The notes under the pieces: model-generated | Told to the model about the DNA's origin: nothing | Database searches by the model: none | Seen by the model: only the letters and a program-made list of their open reading frames with translations | Part shown: one piece after another, positions 53,432-64,000 of the stretch | Numbering within the stretch: the stretch's first letter is position 1 | Layout of the letters: each line of letters opens with the position of its first letter | From: Rotaria socialis | Lineage: Eukaryota | Direction: 5' to 3' | DNA length: 64,000 nucleotides | NCBI GenBank assembly: GCA_905331295.1 | Contig: CAJNYD010000044.1 | Span: forward strand, 124,001-188,000 | Position numbers and translations under genes: made by a program

Positions 53432-55806
53432 TTAAGCATAAATTTTCGCTATTGAATCTGCTCCAACACTAGCCATATAGGGTTTGGATAAATGAAATGC
53501 AACGTCATGTATAGACTCGTCATCCTTCTTTTGATGAGCTGTGAATTCTTGTATACAATTTTTCGTTTCGAAATTCCATAAACGTATTGAACGGTCATGA
53601 CCTTAAAAAAAAAAGAACAAGTTGTCTTTTGTATATCAAATAGATAATCGTTTTTTTTCTTTCTTACTGCCAGATAGCAGACATGTCTGTTGTGGATCGA
53701 TTGCTAATGCAGTAACAGTTTCTAGATGAGCTACCATTGAATGTATCATTCGTCCTGTAAAGAAGAAAACCCCATCATTTAGACAATGTCAAAAAACTAA
53801 ATAAATTATAGGTTCTTGATTACCAGAATTACTATCGAAATATCGTATCTTTTTATCATCGTGTGCAGTTATGATAATTGGTTGCGATGGATGGCTTATT
53901 ACTCTATTTACTCGATAATTTGCATCTGCTGTTGAATTATCGTTAGCTAATTGCGTTACAACTTTTCCAGTTTCTGCGTCGAAAATCATTGTTTTCAATG
54001 AATCATACGTGGCAACAAATTGATTTGTATCTTGCATTATCCAATCGATAGACAATGGAATGCCATCGTCTATTAAAATTATTTTTAGAAAACCATTGCT
54101 TCATTGATGAAAATAACTCACTAGTAAATGTTGATTGTAATGATTGACTCAAATTTGAATCCCATAATCGTACAGATCCATCCGATGAACATGATAATAA
54201 TTTTTGACCGGATATTGCTAATTGCCAAACAGCATCTGTATGACCCTCCAAGACTTTGCATAGAACATTTGAATCTTAAAAACGAAAAACAAAATTAATT
54301 ATTCATATAGAAACTTTTTTAAATTATGAATTCACCATAGGCATCATAAGGATCAACATCTGAATTCGGAATATTCCATACAGATATAATTGAATCAAGA
54401 CCACCACTATAAAACTGTTCTCCGGACGGATTCATTGCCACGCACAAGACAGGACCTCTATATCAATTTAAATTAATTCGATTAGCTCACGTCATTTTTC
54501 ATTTATTAAGCTTACGTATGCCGCCGGAAAGTATAGATGGGTTCGAGATCTTGTGTTGTCGATGCTGATCTAAATTAGAAAGAATAGATTTGACATTTCA
54601 GGGAAATTTTCTTCTTACTTTCTTAGAACAGCAGCTTTTTCAAGATTCCATAATTTAAGTGTACGATCTTCAGATCCAGTTATAACAACTGATTCAACTG
54701 GATGAAATGTAACGCAATGTATACCATCCAAATGGCTAAATAAAATATTTTTAATTTGGTTTCAAATTATAGAAATTATAGAAAAAAAATCAAAATACCT
54801 TCGTAAGACGTATTTAACATTCCATGTCTTTCGAAAATCAGATGAATCTGTTGCTGTTGTCTAATAGAGGAAAAGAAATGATAGAATGAATTGTCAGCAA
54901 AAGAAAAGATCAAGTCATACATCATCTTGTGGTTCATTATCATTCAAAACTGTAACACGTGCTAATTCATCAAGACCATCCATAGCATTATCGCCCATGA
55001 AATTTTTACTATTTCGAAACATGATTGTGTCAACCATGCCACGATTAACTATTAAACCGAAAAATATGAAAGTTCATCTCATGTTTTTTTTTCTTCTAAT
55101 AAGTAATGAACAAACTTTGTTCATCTGTTGAAAATGCTCGCGGATCAGAAGATGTATCGTCATTTCCATTATCGAATAAATTATTTCGAATCGATGATGA
55201 ATTACTTGTATGATGTTGATGTTGTTTACCGTAACGTTCACGTTTATATTCTTCTTTCAATCGATTTAATCGAGATTGATCAACATCCCAATCAGCACTA
55301 TTATTTTCTAATGAAAACAATAAAAATATATTAGATGCGTAAAATTATATTATTATTTATTTACCATTGGGTTTCATTTGATTTACATTTGAAGAAGCAG
55401 CTGATTCGCCAGAAAGAAAATCGAATTCATGTAGAGCTACTTCTTCACCGTCGAGATCATTAAGTGTGTCAAGACCTGAATTATGATTCGTTGTATTACC
55501 ATTATTCGATTTAATCATGATGCGGCTAGAATCAATATCATCATCACTAGGAAAAACAAAACAAATATTTTTCTTTCGTATTTCATGATTGAATAAATTT
55601 ACCTTGAATCTTCATCAGGCTGATCTTCTTTGAGAAAGACAAGTGATGCGAGAACTGATTTACTTAAATCGCTTGTGGCATTTTTAACAATATTTGGAAT
55701 GATTCTTTTAGTAAAGGAGAATATTTTGTAAATTAATAAATTCGCCTAGATTTTTCTTTTTACCTTTTTGATTCGTTTGACGGTTTAATGTCACCATTTA
55801 AACTGA

Positions 55807-55839
<33 letters not shown>

Positions 55840-56703
55840 TTGCATTGAAATTCGTTTCACTTTTAATTCCAAGTAGTTTCTTAACAGCTGTCGAACGTAT
55901 ATCAATTATTGTATCAACATAACCAATTTCTTTCAAATATCTAATAAGAGGAAAAAAGAGAAAGCCATTTTGTTTTGGAATTGAATTTACTAAATAACAT
56001 ACTGCCGAAGTAATTGACGGCCTTGTTTAAATGATACGCTATTATCACCATAACCTAAATTTGCACCATCTTTATTTTCATCTAAAACAAAATCAATTAA
56101 ATTCAACAAAATTTCTAAAACAAAAAATTTTACCATCATCATAATGTGGTGCATCATTCGATGTTGATTTATGATCTTCTACTGGAGCGTTTTCACTTCC
56201 ATATTTTAGTTTATTGAATTTTAATCTAAATAATTAAAATTACATGAGACAATGTGTATGTTTTTTCTCTCATGAGGCGAATATATATCCTTTGAGAATT
56301 ATCAAACAGAAAAAGAGTCGTCATTATTCTTAATTATTTTTCTTTTAGAATTTTTTACCTTTCTTGTTTTAATGCATATTCAAGCATTTTAATGCGTCTA
56401 ACAAGTGCATTCTTTAGATTTTCTTGTCCTTGTCGTTCACCTTGTAGAAAAGCAATACGTGCCTATAAAAAAAGCAAAATGAAAAATATGCGTTTCCAAG
56501 TGTAGATTTTATTTTACTTGAAATTCAGCTCGTTCCGTTTCCCACTGTTGTCGTTCTATTTCAAATCTAGTCCATTCGTGTTGAAGAAAATGAAGGATAC
56601 CAGGCACTGTATATAATGGACGTTGGGCATCGACATTGGCCATTGCCGATGCTGCTGCTTGAGAATCTGTCTGATAGGATATTTGCGTTTCACTACCGTC
56701 CAT
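53432..56703 (-). CDS. STRN: Striatin (STRIPAK scaffold, WD40 C-terminus)
   Basis: YTVPGILHFLQHEWTRFEIERQQWETERAEFQ|ARIAFLQGERQGQENLK..LVRRIKMLEYALKQER, GRQLLRQYLKEIGY, RKTWNVKYVLRSHLDG, GHTDAVW, ..ASVGADSIAKIYA*. Confidence 0.97.
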
Positions 56704-56802
56704 TCGATTTCATATCGATGTAGGAAAAAAAACGAAAAAAGGAAAAAAATAAATCTGAAATAATAAAAATGATAAACAATATTTAGCTTTACAACAATTT
56801 AT

Positions 56803-57334
56803 TTAACATTGAAAACTTCGATAGGTTTGAATTTCATCAACAATTTTCTGACATTCATCATCATCTAGTTTACTATCTAAAGATGGAATTAATGTTTTAG
56901 CTTCCACGGCTTGTTGTGGACAAAGATTAGCAAGTAATGCAGCTTCAAATTTATGTAAACCCGACGATGGATTTGTTGATCCCATGCCATTAGGTTGATC
57001 TTTTGGAAAAAGTAAATTTCGAACAGCACCGATGGCTTCTTTTGTTTTAAATTTACTGAATCGTTCACAATAAGCAACTGTATCATTAAATGCTTCTGAT
57101 GATGTTATTTCATCATCGTCATCATCAAGACCATTCGCATTGGAATTTTGCTGTCGACGTTGCTCAAGCATAAGTAATACTTCTGATATCATCATTGGTT
57201 CAGCTTTATCGAATTCTTTTGGAAATTTAAGTTGTGCAGCATCTTCATCATCCTAGTTAATTAAAAGAATGACATGAAACATAGGATCTTTCTTTTTAAT
57301 GAGCTGATAGACATACTTGATTTGCAAGTGCCAT
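56803..57334 (-). CDS. POLR2D: RNA polymerase II subunit RPB4
   Basis: Two exons: MALANQ|DDEDAAQLKFPKEFDKAEPMMISEVLLMLEQR..RFSKFK..LHKFEAALLANLCP...EAKTLIPSL..IQTYRSFQC*. Confidence 0.96.
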
Positions 57335-59862
57335 TGTTACCTAGTAGGTTGAAATTGAAAGTGAGACTTAAATAGGCAACAATAAACAAAATAAACAATA
57401 AATGTGTAACAAGAGAAAGGAAAGGGAAACCAATTCTTGCTTACAGCATATTGGTATTATTTGGATAGACAATGACTGACAAGCAATCAAAATGTAAATA
57501 CAAAGATTTTAAATTTAATTGAAGTGTTTCAAAGAGAAAAATATTTATTTCTAGAAAAAATAAGTTTATTTTCTTTCAAATACATGTCGTGCGACATCTT
57601 TTTATTAAGAATAGTACACTACAAAATTGGTGTTGAGCGACATCTTGAGCTTGTCAGAATAGAATAGTAGGATGTGATCTGTGTAATTATGTATGATCGA
57701 TATAGAACATTTTGCGTACGAAACTGAACGACATTAGGGTATGATTGAATCAGGATATATTTCGAGTTCTTCTCGGTAAACTTCTATATATATATATATA
57801 TATATATACATAACACAAGGACATGGTTAATGGGGAGAAATTTCTAAGTTGTTTACTTACTTATACCCGAAAAAATAACATTTTAACCCCTCTGAATCCG
57901 AACGACCTGAGAGCATTTTTTCCTTCAATATATCAATTGAATTTTAGTGTGTCGTTTCCTCAATCTTTTACTTCGATTTATTCTATTAAAAATGCAAAAT
58001 CTAGACATATCATTATTTGCTTGGCACTTCAACGCATACAAGAAAAAAAAACAAGAACATAATCTTATTATTATTATTATGATAATCATTATTTTTGTTT
58101 TCATGTGATATTACCCACCAATTTTACTTGTTTGTTCAAAGAAGTAATTGAAGTCAAACATTGTTAACACATCGTTGTTCATAATCTATTTGATGAATAG
58201 AGAATGTATTTTTGAAAGAAAAATATATTTCTATAGTTTTTCTTTAATTGAAAACCAATATAAATAATTAATTTGATAGATACCAGATTAGAATATATCG
58301 ATGGAAAATGGCGCAGCTAAACGATTGAACTACATTAACGTACATAGTAGTACCAGAAAAATGATTCGAGTGCGTTAATCTCGTGTTGAAGTTATTCTAA
58401 ACTACATTCAAGTAGCGACGTAAATCGTATCAGGTTTTGATAGACTGAGCCTTGAAACACAACATTCATAATGGCGATTCCATTATTGCTGCGTAACAGA
58501 TGAAAAAGAATATTCTAGTCCTAATGTATAGGTTACAATTTCACAATTGTATTAGTAACATTATATGTAGCACAAAATGGCGTAGAATAGTTCGAAATGA
58601 CCTCAATTAATAAAAAAACATGTCGCTACTCCTTAGTGATTTACACTGCATTTGTTTAGATGTTATTATAAACAGTCGTTCAATGATTCTCGTTAGAATA
58701 GAATAGAGAACAGATATTTAATTTATTGTGGTGTTTGGCACTTAAGCAGTGAACGTTTTTTCTTATCAGTATTAATAACACAATGATATTATTATAGATA
58801 GATTTTTATTCGATGCATTTTTTTTCATTAAAATTCTAGCAATGTGAAGCTCTATGCTAAAAAAACAGATGATAGATAAAAATCGATAAATTCCTTTGTT
58901 TCTTTTCTCTGTCACTGTTTAATCAAAATAGAACCATTCAATTATCAAACATGTTGCTTAAATTGATATGGTCTATGTAACTCATTATTCTAAATTGATA
59001 ATTAAAGATATGTTTTTCTTTTTATTAGAAAATCCTATAGTTAATAATACTTTAGATGGCAATCTTTGTTCAGCTCACATTCTTTAAACAGTTTAATTAT
59101 TTTTGTTGAAAATATATTCACTTTATTCTGTTTCTGACGCGCATGCGCTCTCTTTTGCAGAGTTAAAGAAACGAACGAAAGCAAGGAAAGAAGAAAAAAA
59201 AACGAAAGGAAATACAACTGAAGTAGTAGTGGTGATAAACACATAATAACGAGAAAGAAGAGAGCCACAGGTGAGATAGGTCAACAACATGGTCATGATC
59301 GTCAAAATACTCTTCATGTAATTGGCCTATTTATGAATCTTACAAACAAGAACGAACATAGATTTACACAAGAGAAACATCGAAGCATACACACACGTAC
59401 AGAAACAGAGAAGAAAAGAAACACGAGTTTTATGAGAAGAGAAATAAAGGAAAACTTGACTCTGTGCATATTCTTGATTTTGGCTGATATAGTTTTTTTT
59501 TCAAAGTTACAAGTCAAAGAAGAAGAAGAAGAAGAAAATAAAAGTAGAAAAATGAACATACATATTTTTACAGCACAGAAATAAATAATAATAAGACATG
59601 ATCTGTTGTTTTATATGATGCGTTTGCTTTCTAAAAACTTTCTACTCTGCACATATAGATACGAGAATAGTTAGACTTTGTCCGGCTATCAAAATGTCTT
59701 CTGCCAAGCAGCTAATAATATACGGGGAAAGTATTTGTACTAACCAGATCAGAATTCTAGATCATCAACCGGCCTGATTTACTCTCGAAAAGGAAACAAA
59801 AAGAAGGCACACGCACACACTGTTAAAACAGAACATCGAGCGAAAATGTTGCAAGATCTATT

Positions 59863-62800
59863 TTATGATCGAGGATGATGATGATGCATAGTTTTATTTT
59901 GTTGTATTGGTGTTGTTGGCGCTGGTGAAATTCGTTGATTTGATCCACTATTAACAATGGATGGAGAATTTGGTCGTCGTGGTATTGGAGTCATTTTTGA
60001 TGAAATATTACTAGCTACATTTTTTATAACAACATTAGGAGATATATTTTCCATTGGTTCATCTTCTTCAAGATCATCACTATTTGAACCAACATCATCA
60101 TTTTCCTACGAATAGAAAAGTTTATTTTATATGCTTATGAATTTAAAAATTATAATAAATTATAATTACCATTTCTGGATACAATTCAACGGCTTTATCA
60201 AGTAGCGATCGAGCACTTTGAGTTCTTTCAATAAAATAACTACGAAAATTAAGAAATTTCGATTGATATGATTAGATCTAAATTTTTAAGTTTTTACCCC
60301 TGTGACATATCATTGCTAGTAACGGGTCCTTGCGATGGATAATATGGATAATTTGACGGTACATTATTATATGATCGCTAAATGAAAGTAAAGAAAGACT
60401 TAGATAAAATAAAAACAAAAAAGCTCTTCATTACTTCTAATTGTTCATGTAACCAACGAACAGCTTGTGACCAACGTTGTTTTATATCAGCATCTGTTTT
60501 TAATATATGATGAGCTTTTGGACAACTAGAATAATCATAAAACTTAAATTATTTTTTTCTTTCAAAAAGCTTAATAATTTTACTTTGAGAATAATTGTAC
60601 AAATGTTTTGATGCAATGATATGCTTTTTTCTGATAAGTTGATTTTGCTTTTGCGAACATATCGAATAAACTTTGAGGGGTGGATTCATATCCACTATTA
60701 GTAGTAGCTGTTGTTGTTGTTGTTGCTGATGTCAATGAATTATTAACATTGGACATGGGAATTCCTTTAATTACATATAATAATCGAATTTCTTGCCAAG
60801 AATCTTCAATGGTAAGTATCATATAGAGTACATCAAGATGTCCACGAAAATCATATGTATGATACATAGCAAGCTAAAACAAAAAAGTGTATATAAAAAA
60901 GAGAAAAAGCAAATTTTCTGTTTTACCAAAGTCATAATTTCATTGAGAACAATGGACGTTATGTCAGGATTTTCCCAAACAAGAAAACGAAGTAGACGAA
61001 GCGATTCTTCGCATGAACCTGAATCTTCAATGATTTTCTTTATAAATACATCTCGTTTAAAGATTATATCAGCCATGTGTTCGGGCATGGAACATATTGG
61101 ACTATTTTCATGTGTATAATATGGATTCGGTAAGAGATCCGTCTCGAGCTAAAATGATCAAAACAAAGTAGTAAAATACTTTTCTTTTTCTTTTTAATTT
61201 GATAATAATTTACTTGACGTGGTTTGCAATAGATGGAAATATCAAAGCAACGAATCAATGTAGAAAGTATAACAAATAATTTAGCGGGTTCTCCATATCG
61301 TGGTAATGTTGAACATGATGATGATGTATTATCATCATTCGCCAAATTAACAAATAGTGTTGGAACGTTCAGACGTATTAATTGTTCACACTGAAACACA
61401 AAATTCAATTACAATCAGTTTTACTTAACGACACCAAAAGGTAGGAACATCATCAAATTCTTGTTTTTTCCTATTTTTCAACAACAAGAGAAAGTCTATG
61501 CATGAATTAGAACTAAGCCAATGAGGAGAGCTATTCAGAAAGTTTCTGTCAGCTTTTCCTTTCTGTTTTTGTTCTAAACTTACCTCATGACGACCTAGTG
61601 ATGAATAATTAACGAAGAATTGAAAATATTGCGTAAGCATTTTAACATTATCTGGCATTTCTTTTTTAAGCAAACGTAAAACATGATTAAGAATAGATTC
61701 TTCAACTGTTAAATAATTCTTAATATCCTCTAAATAAATACAAAGTCGGTGTTAGGCAAACGAACTATGAATAATGAGAATAATTTACCTGTTGGGATAT
61801 TCGTTATTTCTTCGTCTTGACGAGAATGATTGGCAAGAGCAACCAGCATTTTACCAAATGCATTTCGAATCTAATTACATCAAAATAGAAGATAAATATA
61901 AAAACAACTATGAAAGAGTAGTTTACTTCAGCTGATGTACAATCAATAAGATATTCTTGAAAACGAGTTGGATATTTAAATAAAACTTCTTCAGCTAAAT
62001 AATATCGAGCTTTACGTGACCATCGAATACAATGTACGATTAATTCTGTCCAATCAATTGCCGGGCCACTATAAAAAAAACCAAACAAGACATTCTACTA
62101 TGAACAACAAAAGGCGCAAATTTATCAATTGAAACAAACCGTAACGCTTTCTTTGTTCGCCATCCAACAGAAAAAAGAAATTTCGTAGCTATTTGTACAC
62201 TGACTAAAGCTAATTCTTCAATCGTTTCAATCGTCTAGTCAAAGAAAACAAAAACATGAAACTAAATTTTAAACCAAAAAAATAGAAGAGATCTTCATAC
62301 ATTCGTGACCGGTGTTTTATCTCCATGTTGTTGTTGATGGAAACCAATAATAATTTGTATATTACTTTGTATTAGTCGTTTCATAAAATGAAAATATTCA
62401 GGACTGAAATGTATTCGATTGTGGAGAAATTTTATATTTTGTTTTCGAACACTACGTTGAACAGATAATGGCATACGTTGTGTTTGATCATCTATTAAAA
62501 ATAGAATTATGTAGACAACAAAACAAAAACTAAATCGACATACAAAGCTGTAATTGTGTTAAAGCGTTTACAAGACTATTGTCTGGATTAGATTCATCAT
62601 TAGAGATTTTTTCATAGAATAATATATATGCATTCCACCATCGACGTTGTCTACAAACAAAAAAGAATTGGACAATTAATAACAGAAGAAATTAACAAGA
62701 AAATGAATAAATACCGTTTCATAACTGGCTGATCGAATGATTGTGCTGGATAATCTCCACCAAAACATTGCGATCGAAGTTCTTCGTCTTCGTCCATTTT

Positions 62801-64000
62801 ACAATCACTTACATCTGTATCATCGAATTTATACCAATGTGGAAGATCAGGAGAATTTAATTCTTCTCTGAAAAGAGAAAATTTCCATTTTACTCTTTAG
62901 AATAGTTAAAATAAACAAATAAATAACTTACTTATTCTGTACAAATGAATAATAATGGCCGCCATTGGCTTGACCACTGTGTACAATAATTCCTACTAGT
63001 TTATAACGAGTATCACCATTACTATTTGTAGTGGGTAATTTTGGATCGTCATCGGTAGTTTCATCCATGACAGTCATACCTAATTAGAAAAAGATTACAT
63101 GCAGAATATCAAACTATGAGGCTAAGAAAAGAAGTACCTTCAGCTTTCGCAAGACCTTGAACTGTATATGGTTCCATATTTAATTCCCTTGGAAATTCGA
63201 AATAATCATTAAATTTAATTGGTGTTTCACGTTCCCAATCATAATCAAATCGTTTAAGTTGAATAGCAAGAATAGGCGGTAGTTTTTTAAAACACGTTCG
63301 TTTAATTGTATCAACCTTAAGAGAGAGAGAGAGAGAAATGAATTAAACTACAAAAATCTAATAATACAAATATTATACTTTTTTATTGCATTTTTCGCAA
63401 AAATAAGCATTAGGCCCATCGAGTAATTCACCAATAACATACTGTTCAAGAGATTCTTTTAAATTTTGACTATGACGAATATCAACACTTAATAAAGTAA
63501 AATCTTCTTCACGTGAATATCTAAAAAGAATTTTATTTCTACGTAAAGTATTTATTTATGTTTTATTTCTCATATTACCTATGTGGACAATCTTTACAGA
63601 TTTTTTGATCAGCAAATGTTCCACCTAATACTTTCGAACATATCTGAGGTAAATTCAATATTTTTAATGCTTCGTCAACACTATCAACAACTGTATTTAG
63701 AAATTCTACGGCATCATGTTGATCACGTAAATTCACCGGTTCACCTGAAAATCTATGTAAGCAAAAAATAAAAACCGATAGGAATTAATATTATAATTTT
63801 TTGTTTCCAAAACTTACTTGAATATTTTCCAAAATCCTCTTGGAACATAATATTGTAATTTTGATTCAAGTAAATGTCCAAATATTCTTTGTATATGACG
63901 AAATATTTGTATATTATATTCATTTCGTTCATTTGTTGTATCTTTAGGTGATGACTCAATAGTATTATTTAGTTCCTGTTGTTTACTTGGCGATGTTATA
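59863..64000 (-). CDS. USP9X: Ubiquitin-specific protease USP9X/FAF, 3' portion; 5' end lies beyond the window
   Basis: [57 protein letters not shown], His box [49 protein letters not shown]. Confidence 0.96.

Noticed and set aside
55808..55837. (AAT)n repeat in striatin
   Set aside because: Ordinary coding poly-Asn tract in a disordered linker.
21313..57334. Co-location of two RNA polymerase stalk subunits (RPA43 and RPB4)
   Set aside because: They are 35 kb apart, belong to different polymerases and are separated by unrelated genes, so chance is sufficient.
59041..59584. ORFs downstream of USP9X
   Set aside because: U-rich 3' UTR composition.
1..64000. tRNA, rRNA or SL RNA genes
   Set aside because: None recognisable by eye. 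A covariance-model search would be needed to exclude small RNAs.

Overview
AT-rich eukaryotic genomic DNA with compact genes and short (about 50-70 bp) GT-AG introns. Gene architecture and the ART/LRR gene family suggest a bdelloid rotifer; this is inference. I spliced exons by eye and recognised homologues from memory, so gene spans run from start codon to stop codon and include introns. Genes, left to right: an orphan multi-exon gene (+), DRC2/CCDC65 (-), CFAP68/C11orf1 (-), a small Cys-rich two-anchor membrane protein (-), a Fox-1-like RRM protein (+), an ADP-ribosyltransferase-LRR pseudogene (+), an LDLR/LRP-like receptor (-), POLR1F/RPA43 (-), ANAPC16 (-), SSR4 (-) and SDF2 (+). A roughly 12 kb stretch of transposon debris follows and contains a POLD2 pseudogene. 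After it come a Pim kinase, KIAA1143, an R/D/S/Y-rich low-complexity protein, striatin, POLR2D/RPB4 and the 3' part of USP9X (all -). The main finding is three independent same-strand gene junctions with 99-124 bp spacers, each holding a poly(A) signal, a U-rich tract and a 3' splice acceptor just before the downstream start codon. This is the signature expected of operons resolved by spliced-leader trans-splicing. One candidate is a ciliary pair under a single RFX X-box, and another may be tricistronic.
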